A stretch of DNA of 50,378 nt from Promethearchaeota archaeon. GTDB lineage: Archaea; Asgardarchaeota; Lokiarchaeia; Sigyniarchaeales; SOKP01. A program made the position numbers and the translations under genes. The stretch spans positions 1 to 50,378 of the forward strand of contig JBHLNF010000018.1 in assembly GCA_048937405.1 (NCBI GenBank), written 5' to 3'. The notes under the pieces are model-generated. The model was not told where the DNA came from and made no database searches. It worked only from the letters and a program-made list of their open reading frames with translations. Positions within the stretch are counted from its first letter, which is position 1. Each line of letters starts with the position of its first letter. Shown piece by piece: positions 9,841 to 19,126 of the stretch.

Positions 9841-10935
9841 TTACTTTCGAATTACCCATATACTACTCCCACCCTCCTTGATAAATTCTGATCTTGTAAA
9901 GGAGGTCGAATCAATAAACTCTCGAAGGGTTTTTTCATTATAAAAAAATGAAGCTTTAACTTCTGTAAACTTATGAGTGATATCAAAAAGTTCAAATCTT
10001 TTTTTTGGGGCAAAAGTATCAGGAATCATACTTTCTCCAATAAGCAACATCCCTTCATCATCCAATAATGAATATAAATTGTTAAAAACACTTACTCGAT
10101 ATTTCTCATCAGTATTCATTTCATGAAGAACTTGATTTAAGATGATTAAATCAAATTTCTCTTTATAGAATTGTGTAAATTCATCAATTGTAGTCTCAAA
10201 AATCTCTATTCTTTTATTCCAATTATTTCTACTAATTAATTCTTTTGCGTGTGCTATTGCAATAGGATCTATATCAATTCCTATAAATCTTGCTTTGCCG
10301 TACTTTTTTGCCCAAGTTTCAAGATTAAATCCATAACCACATCCTAGTTCAAAAACAGTACCTGCTTCTCGAATTTTTTCGCAAAAATTCTCAAATTTCT
10401 TAGAAAATAATCTTTCTGCTAAAGCCCCAAACCTAGCACCACGTTCTTGTAGATCCTTTATAGCATTCCCTGATAAATCCAATATGCTCCATACTTTACC
10501 AGTTCTAAAATACTCTATTAAAATATCCTGACTTGGAGCAATATAATAGAATGCACCAAGAGTCCCTCCAAGGTAAGATTCATTATTTCGGTCAATAAGT
10601 AATTCATATATGAAAGGAGCTGTTTTTAAAATTTTGGATTCAGAATTCTCAATCTCGAGTATCCCACATTCAAGTGCTAAATGAATCCAACCATCTAAAT
10701 ACTTAAAATCCAAACCTAATTTTTCAGATAGTTCAATTGGAGTAAAAAATATTTCAATTTTTTTATCAGAACTAATGGATAATTTGGCTTTTTCATATAA
10801 ATAGTTAAAAATACCTAAACGTCTTCCCATACCAATTAATATTATTGTATTAAATCCGTAAAGACCATTTATCGCAAATTTTTTTATTTGATCATTAATA
10901 GAAACTTCAAGATTTTCTTTATTTTCAGTGTTAAT
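9841..10935 (-). CDS. Class I SAM methyltransferase with N-terminal winged-helix domain (Rv2258c-like); probable ATT start at 10935
   Basis: ELGCGYG, GIDID, QVLHEM; GRRLGIF...ELSEKLGLD...W wHTH; frame open 35 codons upstream of the ATG at 10830 up to an ATT 6 nt after GGTGA. Confidence 0.85.
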   Translation of the reverse strand: MNTENKENLEVSINDQIKKFAINGLYGFNTIILIGMGRRLGIFNYLYEKAKLSISSDKKIEIFFTPIELSEKLGLDFKYLDGWIHLALECGILEIENSESKILKTAPFIYELLIDRNNESYLGGTLGAFYYIAPSQDILIEYFRTGKVWSILDLSGNAIKDLQERGARFGALAERLFSKKFENFCEKIREAGTVFELGCGYGFNLETWAKKYGKARFIGIDIDPIAIAHAKELISRNNWNKRIEIFETTIDEFTQFYKEKFDLIILNQVLHEMNTDEKYRVSVFNNLYSLLDDEGMLLIGESMIPDTFAPKKRFELFDITHKFTEVKASFFYNEKTLREFIDSTSFTRSEFIKEGGSSIWVIRK

Positions 10936-11012
10936 TTAATTTCACCATGATCTCTTTTACTTATTCATATTCAATTATTTAGTAAAAATTAATAAAAATT
11001 AGTACTACACAA

Positions 11013-11243
11013 TTAAATTTCTTTCAGAGTTATAACTTCCTCTGGTAAAAATGATTTAAAAATATCGCTTAATTTCCTATTATCTTCAATTGGAATCCCC
11101 CTTATTTGAAATTGAGATCTTTTCAATGGGTCGGTTTTCCAATCGAACTCTGCTAGAAGATAAGGTTTGATGTTAAAGAATTTATCTTCTGGATCAAGCA
11201 TGAAATCGTCCATAAGTGTTTCAAGATCTTTAACTTTTACCAT
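11013..11243 (-). CDS. Ubiquitin-like (beta-grasp) protein, 76 aa, no C-terminal Gly-Gly
   Basis: Manual alignment to ubiquitin: VKVKDL/IFVKTL, LDPEDKFFNIK/VEPSDTIENVK, GIPIEDNRKLSD/GKQLEDGRTLSD. Confidence 0.65.
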   Translation of the reverse strand: MVKVKDLETLMDDFMLDPEDKFFNIKPYLLAEFDWKTDPLKRSQFQIRGIPIEDNRKLSDIFKSFLPEEVITLKEI

Positions 11244-11348
11244 TTTTTAATCTACTTTCCATTGTATTTGATCGTAGAAAATTGTATCTTTTAAGGATTC
11301 TTAATAAAGCTTACGTATTAAAATTTATAAATTTTCAAGAATCATTTA

Positions 11349-12143
11349 CTAAAAATACATTCTAATTGCTAAACCCATTAAAACTATGGCAACTAAAACT
11401 TGTAAATGACTTTTTGGTATTTTTTTAGAAATTTTTGCTCCAACTACAGAACCCAAAACTGCCCCAACTCCAATTAAAATCCCAATCAGATAATTTATTT
11501 CACCAAATAAACTTTTCGCAATAGTATTATAAATTGCAGTAAAAAATATTATACCCGTTGAGATTGCTGTGGCATTATGAATTGGATATTGAAGAATAAT
11601 ATGAAGGGAAGGAGTGTTAATTATGCCACCCCCAATACCTAATAAATTAGCTGTAACTCCAGCTAAAAAGAATAAAGGTATTGATTTTTTTAAATTAGTT
11701 TTATAATCATGATTATTAATTTCAAAGTTATTCTCAAATTCCTCGTGAGCTGGATCGTATTTTTTAGATTTTATTGCCTTATAAATCATATTTACTCCAG
11801 CTATCAAAATTGTTGTTGCGAACAATATTTTTAAGATAGTATCATCTAGATGGATGAAGGTGAATAATATCGTGCTAGTAAAACTTCCTAAAATTGAAAA
11901 TGAAGAAAATAAGAGGACTTGTTGAATATGTAATCTTTTTTGTTTATAATAAGTAAAAAATCCTGCACCACTAGAAATTAAAATTATAAATGTAGAAGTA
12001 TCTACAGCCACATCTATGGGAATAAGAAAAAAGATAACCATAAAGCTAACAAAAAATACACCCCCTCCAATACCTGCTATGCAACTTATGATACCAAAAA
12101 GAACACCAAGAATAAACAATAGTATGACAGCAAGAATATCCAT
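11349..12143 (-). CDS. Sulfite exporter TauE/SafE (TSUP) family protein
   Basis: Duplicated GIGGG motifs, AVDTS/ATAIS, G...GAKIS; multiple TM helices. Confidence 0.9.
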   Translation of the reverse strand: MDILAVILLFILGVLFGIISCIAGIGGGVFFVSFMVIFFLIPIDVAVDTSTFIILISSGAGFFTYYKQKRLHIQQVLLFSSFSILGSFTSTILFTFIHLDDTILKILFATTILIAGVNMIYKAIKSKKYDPAHEEFENNFEINNHDYKTNLKKSIPLFFLAGVTANLLGIGGGIINTPSLHIILQYPIHNATAISTGIIFFTAIYNTIAKSLFGEINYLIGILIGVGAVLGSVVGAKISKKIPKSHLQVLVAIVLMGLAIRMYF

Positions 12144-12274
12144 ATAATGTGAAATATCATAACCTATTATTAGTTTTCTAAAAAAACCTTATTGAATAAT
12201 AATATATTACTAAACCAAGATTATAATAATAATAGTTAAATTATTATAAATTAAAAGTCATTTCTCTCTTAAAT

Positions 12275-12679
12275 ATGCCGGATTCTAATGCTGACAAATT
12301 AGTACTTGAATTAGTTGCATGTGATCGTTGTAAAAATGCTTTCATGATGAATAAGGGAGAAAAATTAAGAAAGCAACAACAAAATGAAGAAATTGTATGC
12401 GAAAATTGTATAAAATTAGAACAAAGAAAAAAGCATTTAGCTAGCTCTGTACGTGAATCTCAGAATGAAAGTAAAAATTCAATTAAAGAATATGAAAATC
12501 AAATAGAATCCTCAAATTCACAAGATACAAAAAAACTTTATTTAGAAAAAATCAAAAAACAATCTGAATTTCTCACTAAATCAATTGAGCTTCTCAAAAA
12601 GATTGAAGAAACTAATGATGAGAAATATATTGAAGAGTATAAACAACTTTTTGAACAATTAAAAAATAAAAAAGCATAG
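12275..12679 (+). CDS. Hypothetical Zn-finger plus coiled-coil protein
   Basis: CDRC and CENC pairs followed by an E/K/Q-rich helical region. Confidence 0.7.
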   Translation: MPDSNADKLVLELVACDRCKNAFMMNKGEKLRKQQQNEEIVCENCIKLEQRKKHLASSVRESQNESKNSIKEYENQIESSNSQDTKKLYLEKIKKQSEFLTKSIELLKKIEETNDEKYIEEYKQLFEQLKNKKA

Positions 12680-12698
12680 GAGATTATTGAAAAAAATT

Positions 12699-13457
12699 TT
12701 ATTTCTTTATAAAAATTAATCCTATATTTCTAATTTTATCAGTAGAAACATATTTAGCATCCAATTTCATAATTTTTGAAAGAATTCTTACTATAATATT
12801 CCAAAATTTTCTGAAAGTAATATTAGATTCATATTTATTCCTTAAATTTATTAGATTCTCTTCAATTCTTTTAGGATTAGTTGATTGAATATCTGCAATT
12901 ATCATGAGTCTACCATATACACCAAATATTTTTAGATTTCTTAGATTATATTTTTTAAAATTAGAGATAATTTTGTTTATTTCATACCTTCTGAAATGTC
13001 CAATTATTCTATCTTGATTAGTAAAATATTTCATTTTATGAGGTACAGTAATTACAACGATTCCATTTTCTTTTAGAATTCTACTAATTTCTGATATTGC
13101 TAATTTATCATCCTGAATATGCTCTAAAACATCCAAAGCACTAACAAAATCAAAAGACTCTTCTCTATAAGGTAATCTTATAAGATCACCACATAAAGGA
13201 TGCCAAGCCTTTTGATTCAAATACTGCTTTAGAGGAAGGTTTGATATGTCAAAAAAAGATTTATGCTCAATATTTTCTAAAACATTGAGAAAAGAATTTC
13301 CAGATGAACCAAGATCAATAGCATGTAAGATTTTTCTTTTAGTTTTGATATTATCTCTCATTAAATCAAATTTACATCTTATTCCTGGAGAAATATAATA
13401 TTCTGACAGAGTTCTAAAAGAAAAATTTTTATGCTTATCGTAAAAATCCTTGATCAT
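12699..13457 (-). CDS. Class I SAM methyltransferase (type 11-like)
   Basis: LPYREESFDFVSALDVLEHI, EISRILKENG, ITVP, GHFRRY; degenerate motif I (IDLGSSG). Confidence 0.85.
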   Translation of the reverse strand: MIKDFYDKHKNFSFRTLSEYYISPGIRCKFDLMRDNIKTKRKILHAIDLGSSGNSFLNVLENIEHKSFFDISNLPLKQYLNQKAWHPLCGDLIRLPYREESFDFVSALDVLEHIQDDKLAISEISRILKENGIVVITVPHKMKYFTNQDRIIGHFRRYEINKIISNFKKYNLRNLKIFGVYGRLMIIADIQSTNPKRIEENLINLRNKYESNITFRKFWNIIVRILSKIMKLDAKYVSTDKIRNIGLIFIKK

Positions 13458-13563
13458 TAACTTAATTTATGAGAGATTGATCTTAATAATTTTCTTACTA
13501 AATTTAAAAAAAAGGGAATATTAAAATTTAACATCTATTTATTTAACAAAAATTTTAAAAAAA

Positions 13564-13971
13564 ATGATTCAACTTAGTGTCTATTTAGAAGATAGACCTG
13601 GCGAACTTGCTAATTTTATAAAACTTTTAATGGACAATAAAATTTTTATAAGGGCCTTGACTGTAGCACAAACCAGTGAATACGGGTTGGTTTTAATATT
13701 AGTTGATAATCCAAAAAAATGTATGAATATATTAGAAGAAAAAAATTTTCTCACTTCTACAACAGAAGTAATTGCAATAAAGTTAAATGATCACCCTAAT
13801 GCTTTATATGGAATCCCAAAATCTTTAGGTGATAATAACATAAATATTGATTATTTCTATTCTACTTTAGTAAAAGATGAATTGATGGTTATTGTACGTG
13901 TTCAAGATGAAATTATAGATCACGCGGTAGATATTTTAAGAAAATCAGGATTTGTAATCGTAGAAAAATAA
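13564..13971 (+). CDS. Tandem ACT-domain protein
   Basis: QLSVYLEDRPGEL and LNDHPNAL...NINIDYFY double-ACT signature. Confidence 0.88.
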   Translation: MIQLSVYLEDRPGELANFIKLLMDNKIFIRALTVAQTSEYGLVLILVDNPKKCMNILEEKNFLTSTTEVIAIKLNDHPNALYGIPKSLGDNNINIDYFYSTLVKDELMVIVRVQDEIIDHAVDILRKSGFVIVEK

Positions 13972-14063
13972 TCTAAAATGAGCAAATCTCAAAAAGACAC
14001 AATAAAAAAACTTTTCTTTTAATCTTTAAATTACTTAGTTTAATCTCTTTTGGCATTATTATT

Positions 14064-14330
14064 TTGAATATATTTCTCGATATCAATAAATATCTATTAA
14101 TAAGTGTAATTGCTTTTCTTATTATTCTTTTTATATTTAGCTTTATTTTTGAATCTACTGAAGCTAAAACGGATAATAACAAAAAGGTTAATGAAATTAT
14201 TGATAAATGGATTGAATCTGAAAAAACTGAACAATTCAGTACTACCTTAATCTGTCCAAAGTGTGGACAAGCTATACATCTTGATGCAACATATTGCTCT
14301 AAATGTGGATCTGTTTTAAATAATGAGTAA
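14064..14330 (+). CDS. Membrane-anchored zinc-ribbon protein
   Basis: N-terminal TM helix; C-terminal CPKCG...YCSKCG. Confidence 0.65.
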   Translation: MNIFLDINKYLLISVIAFLIILFIFSFIFESTEAKTDNNKKVNEIIDKWIESEKTEQFSTTLICPKCGQAIHLDATYCSKCGSVLNNE

Positions 14331-14529
14331 TGTCTACAAATAATTTCAAATTTAATTATATAGTAGAATTTATGAATTTCTATCAATCATAGGTTATATA
14401 TTAATGTGCTTATTAGAAACTCTTTCATTTTTAATTTTTAATTTTTAACTAAAGTTTAAATTTTAGTTTTTTGTTTATACATACTGCAGGCTATTTTTTG
14501 ATGAAACTATTATTAATTTAATTTAAATT

Positions 14530-17361
14530 ATGATTACGGAATCCCTCCTAGATTTGCAAATATTCATTTTATGTGTTATTGGAGTCATAATTTTTTTTAT
14601 AGTATATATGAAAACTCGAGATTTAAAATATTACTTTCCTGCTTATCCACTTCTTCCAATTGGTTACTTTTTCTATTATTTACATATATTTGATCCAAAT
14701 TATAGGTTAATTGGAAATCTTTTTTTTTTCGTGGCATGCATATTAACCATAATTGGATCTTTTCTTGAATATAACCACGTTTTTCAAATGAATAGGAAAA
14801 AAGTTAATATATACCCTCTCTTTTTTTTAAGTTTTTCAACTATATTTCTTATGGGATTACAATTTATACTCATCATATTGTTGGTGGTGTCAGGTTTTTT
14901 TCAAGCAAAAATCTTTTTAAAACTTAAAACACCTAGGCATGTACTAATTATGTTATTTCAAGGATCAAGTGGTTTTGCTATTCTAAACTCTATTCTAGAT
15001 AGTTTTAATATTAAGGGTGCTTGGGAGTTAAGTTATATTAGCACAGTAATGCTTGCTACTTTCTTAATGATTATTCCAGTTGTCACATACATTGAAAAAT
15101 TATTAATCAAATCAAGAGAAAAGTTAAAGAAAAGTGAGCAAGAGTTCCAGGTTTTATTCAATAACTCAACGAGTGGTATTGCATATCATGAAATTATTTA
15201 TGATAAAAAAAAAAATCCCATTGATTATATTATAACAGATGTAAATCTTCAATATGAAAAAATTCTGTCATTAAAGAGAAAAGATGTGATCAACAGAAAA
15301 TCTACTGACGTATATCAAGTTGAGGATCCTCCATATATTGATATCTATTCACGAGTTGCTCATACACAAAAATCTGTTTCGTTTGAATCCTATTTTCCAC
15401 CATTAGATAAACATTTTAAAATTTCTGTAATATCTCCTAAAAATGGTGTTTTTATAACTGTATTTGATGATATCACAGAACGAATAAATGCTGAGAAAAT
15501 ATCTAAAACTGAAAAAGATAGATTACAAGCTTTCATGGACGGATTAACCAGTTCAGGGATTGGTGTAGATATTGTCAATATAAATTATGAAGTTATAATT
15601 CAGAATAAAATATTAAAGGAAAGATTTGGAGATCTTAATGAAGAATTATGTTTTAAAAAATATTTGGGAAGGAAAACCCCTTGTGACTATTGTCCGATGA
15701 GAGAAGCAATAAAAAATAATAAAGTAGAGAGCATTGAATTAACAGGTAAAGACGGGAGGAATTATGAATTGATTTCTGCGCCCATTCCAAAATCAGATGG
15801 AATAGCTAATCAAGCCATAGAAATCATCCTGGACATAACTGAACGTAAAATTGCAGAGAAAAAATTAAAAGAATCAGAAGAGAAATTTAGAACAATCACA
15901 GAAGAATCCCATTTAGCGATTTGTATCCTACAGGACAATGTTGTAAAATATGCAAATCAAAAAATAGCTGATTTATATGAATATACAATAGAAGAAATAT
16001 TAAACTGGAAACGTGGAGAATTTACTAAGATATTCGCAGAAGATTCTTTAGATATTGTTTTGGAACAGGCTAAAAAAAAGCAAGCAGGAGATTCTGATAT
16101 TTTTGTTCAATATCAAATTCATTGTATTAAAAAATCTGGTAAATTATTTTGGGTTGATAACATATCAAAAACAATAACATTTCAAGAAAGACCAGCAGAT
16201 CTTATTACTTTAATAGATATAACTAAAAAAAAAAAAGCAGAACAAAAATTAAAAGAATCGGAAGAGAAATATCGTATGCTTTTCGAAGGGGCTAATGATG
16301 CTATATTCCTCTTGAAAGACTATAAACTCTCTGAGTGCAATACTAAATCATTAGAAGTGTTTGGAATCAATACTGAATTAGATATCATTGGTATTTTTCC
16401 TTGGGATATTTCACCTTTATCTCAACCAGATGGAAGGGATTCAAAACAAACGGCTATAGACTACATGAATGAAGCTTTAACTGGAAAACCGCAAAGATTT
16501 TATTGGCAACATTTGAAGAAAAATGGAAATCTTTTTGACACAGAAGTTTCCTTAAATCGTATTTTACTTGACAATGAATATCATCTTCAAGCAATTGTAA
16601 GAGATATTACCGAGCGAAAAGAAGCAGAAAGGCTTATTATAGAGGAAAATAAGAAATTACAAGAACTAAATGAAATTAGACAGGATTTGATCACGAGAAT
16701 ATCACACGAGTTAAAAACACCAATAAGTTCAACTTATGGTGCCACTCAAGCACTCTTAGAGCTTTATAGAAAGGATATGAGCGAAGAAATACTAGAGTTT
16801 GTGGAAATAATACAACAAGGAGGTAAAAGATTAAAAAGTCTAATAGAAAATTTATTGGAGTCTATAAAAGTCGAAGAAAGAGTATTAAAATTAAATTTTT
16901 CAAAAGAGAATCTTATTAAAATTATTGAAGAATGTGTAAAAGATATGCAGTATCATGCTAATAATCGAAATGTAGAGATAAATACATACCTTCCTGATGA
17001 ATTAATTTTAAATGTTGATAAAATCAGAATTGGTCAAGTAATCATTAATATTATTTCAAATGCTATAAACAATACTCCTGCAGGAGGAAATATTTTTATA
17101 AGCATTGATAAAAAAAATGAATATGTTGATTTAATAATAAAAGATACGGGAGTAGGTATAACAGAACAAGAAAAATCAAGGTTATTTAAAAAATTTGGAA
17201 AGATAGAAAGATTTGGAAAAGGAGATGATGTATATATAGAAGGTTCAGGTTTAGGTTTATATATATCAAAAGAATATGTTAAGTTGCATGGAGGGGAAAT
17301 ATTAGTCGAATCAGGTGGTAGAAATCAAGGTGCTACTTTCATAGTAAGACTTTTTAGATAA
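14530..17361 (+). CDS. Membrane sensor histidine kinase with multiple PAS domains
   Basis: About 6 N-terminal TM helices; four PAS/PAC modules ending DITE/DITK; H-box SHELKTP; N-box; DTGVGI, GSGLGL, GATF. Confidence 0.95.
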   Translation: MITESLLDLQIFILCVIGVIIFFIVYMKTRDLKYYFPAYPLLPIGYFFYYLHIFDPNYRLIGNLFFFVACILTIIGSFLEYNHVFQMNRKKVNIYPLFFLSFSTIFLMGLQFILIILLVVSGFFQAKIFLKLKTPRHVLIMLFQGSSGFAILNSILDSFNIKGAWELSYISTVMLATFLMIIPVVTYIEKLLIKSREKLKKSEQEFQVLFNNSTSGIAYHEIIYDKKKNPIDYIITDVNLQYEKILSLKRKDVINRKSTDVYQVEDPPYIDIYSRVAHTQKSVSFESYFPPLDKHFKISVISPKNGVFITVFDDITERINAEKISKTEKDRLQAFMDGLTSSGIGVDIVNINYEVIIQNKILKERFGDLNEELCFKKYLGRKTPCDYCPMREAIKNNKVESIELTGKDGRNYELISAPIPKSDGIANQAIEIILDITERKIAEKKLKESEEKFRTITEESHLAICILQDNVVKYANQKIADLYEYTIEEILNWKRGEFTKIFAEDSLDIVLEQAKKKQAGDSDIFVQYQIHCIKKSGKLFWVDNISKTITFQERPADLITLIDITKKKKAEQKLKESEEKYRMLFEGANDAIFLLKDYKLSECNTKSLEVFGINTELDIIGIFPWDISPLSQPDGRDSKQTAIDYMNEALTGKPQRFYWQHLKKNGNLFDTEVSLNRILLDNEYHLQAIVRDITERKEAERLIIEENKKLQELNEIRQDLITRISHELKTPISSTYGATQALLELYRKDMSEEILEFVEIIQQGGKRLKSLIENLLESIKVEERVLKLNFSKENLIKIIEECVKDMQYHANNRNVEINTYLPDELILNVDKIRIGQVIINIISNAINNTPAGGNIFISIDKKNEYVDLIIKDTGVGITEQEKSRLFKKFGKIERFGKGDDVYIEGSGLGLYISKEYVKLHGGEILVESGGRNQGATFIVRLFR

Positions 17362-17464
17362 TAAAGTAAAATATTACCTGTCAAACTCTCAATTTCTTTA
17401 CGTTAAAATTGAAGTAGTCTTTGATAATCTATTTAATAAGAATTTATTTGAATAAAATGGATTA

Positions 17465-18361
17465 TTACTCATTAATATAATCATAAACAATTTTTAAATC
17501 TTTTAAATCAAATGGTTTCGAAATTAACCCATCAACATCTAATTCCTCAACCTTTTTAAGCGCCTCTGCTTTTGGAATTGCAGTTAAAAAAATTACTGGG
17601 AGATCTTTAGTTGACTCATCTAATCTAATTGACTTAAAGATTTCATAACCATTAATATCAGGTAAAATAATATCAAGTAAAACCAGTTTTGGTTGATAAT
17701 TTGTTAATTTTTCAAATCCTTCAGTACCATTCATTGCAACAATGCTTGAATAACCTTTTGATGTAAAATAAGAATTTAGAAATTTTACAAGTTCAAGATC
17801 ATCTTCTATTAAAAGAATATCACACTTAATCTTCTCTTCAGTTTTAATTTCATCCTTTTTAGAACTTATTGAATCCAGTTTCTCTTTTATTGTATTTTCA
17901 AGTATAAGACATTGATTAAAGGCACTTTTCAAAATATTTATTACATTTTCTTTAGATGGACTTTCATGATCTTCAAGAATTAACTGTAAATTAGCTTTTA
18001 ATGATGTTAGAGGATCTTTTAAATCATGGGATAATTGTGATATAAAATCTATATCAATAATCTTTTTTTGGTTAAAAATTTGAGAATGATATTCTCTAAA
18101 GAATTTTAAAGATTCTCTAATTAGTTTTGATAAAGTTGAATAATTGTGTTCTTCAGCGAATCTCGACCATTCACTTTTGATCCCTTCAGGAACATAAATA
18201 GAAATCCTATCCCTATTTATATTATATGTTTTCTCTCCTTTCTGCCATTTTTTAAAGCTCTCTGTGATTTTATTTCTCCAAATTGCTTTTCTACCTGTTT
18301 CTTCCTCAAATTGTCCCATTTCTTTAGTTTTTTTAATTTGTTCAGAAATAACTCTCACCAA
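17465..18361 (-). CDS. Ribbon-helix-helix / HisKA / receiver hybrid regulator without a HATPase domain
   Basis: RISIYVPEGIKSEW...STLSKLIRESL (RHH); SHDLKDPLTSL (H-box); LLIEDD, LLDIILP, FLTA, ISKPF (REC); true start may be ATT at 18349. Confidence 0.85.
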   Translation of the reverse strand: MVRVISEQIKKTKEMGQFEEETGRKAIWRNKITESFKKWQKGEKTYNINRDRISIYVPEGIKSEWSRFAEEHNYSTLSKLIRESLKFFREYHSQIFNQKKIIDIDFISQLSHDLKDPLTSLKANLQLILEDHESPSKENVINILKSAFNQCLILENTIKEKLDSISSKKDEIKTEEKIKCDILLIEDDLELVKFLNSYFTSKGYSSIVAMNGTEGFEKLTNYQPKLVLLDIILPDINGYEIFKSIRLDESTKDLPVIFLTAIPKAEALKKVEELDVDGLISKPFDLKDLKIVYDYINE

Positions 18362-18366
18362 AGTTT

Positions 18367-18523
18367 TTTTACATATTATTATAATAGATATTACATTTAT
18401 ATTAATTTTTTTTATATTTTATAACCTATAATAGATTTCTTTTTAACAAAACAAATGATAAATGATAGACTTTTACATATAGAAGAACTTATATATGTAA
18501 AATTCTATTGAGTATATGTAAAA
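18367..18523. promoter_or_regulatory. Four TTTTACATAT(A) repeats, candidate operator array
   Basis: Copies at 18367-18376 (+), 18471-18481 (+), 18492-18502 (-), 18513-18523 (-); the last three start 21 bp apart. Confidence 0.65.
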
Positions 18524-18577
18524 AATTCTTTAATTTAAAATAAAACAGATTAAATAACTTTAAAAAGGTGAAAAATA

Positions 18578-18952
18578 ATGGTCATAAATTTTAAACTTGA
18601 ATCAATGCAAAATTCAGAAGATTATTATAAAAAAATCCATATGGTCGCTGACCAAAATACTGTTATAACCCAAATGGCACAATTCTTATGTCAATTTCTC
18701 CCTATTCCTGAAAGACCGATGAAGGGATTCATATGGAGAGCTCTAACAGATTGGCAAGTAAAAAACCGAAAAGATTTAAGTGAAGTATTAAAAATTAGTC
18801 CCGATCAACGAGTGGAAACAGTGCTAGAAATTATTGCTTTGCTTAAAAAACATCTTACACGAATTTTAATTAGTCAGGAACAAGAACCATTATTGAATGA
18901 ATCTTGTCAAAAAGCAGTAAAGTTTTATAAAACAAAGTTTGCTGGACGCTAA
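18578..18952 (+). CDS. Hypothetical helical protein
   Basis: 124-aa ORF, AGGTGA SD 6 nt before ATG, T-run after the stop. Confidence 0.8.
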   Translation: MVINFKLESMQNSEDYYKKIHMVADQNTVITQMAQFLCQFLPIPERPMKGFIWRALTDWQVKNRKDLSEVLKISPDQRVETVLEIIALLKKHLTRILISQEQEPLLNESCQKAVKFYKTKFAGR

Positions 18953-19126
18953 TATTAATATCTTACAACTCTATTTTTTTTCAATTTAATTAATTAATAA
19001 CTATATCAAATTGTATAATTCTTTCTTTTTTTCCAATAATTTGGAGTTTTATTTAATTAGTAAAACTTAAGAATTTTTACTAATTACAAGGCATACATCT
19101 AAATTATTATCCTAAGGGGAACAAAT

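Noticed and set aside
11013-12143. ThiS/MoaD-type sulfur carrier paired with the TSUP exporter
   Set aside because: The small protein lacks the C-terminal GG needed for thiocarboxylation and has no cysteine
13973-14386. 137-aa minus-strand ORF
   Set aside because: Antisense shadow of the TM/zinc-ribbon gene; no recognisable motif
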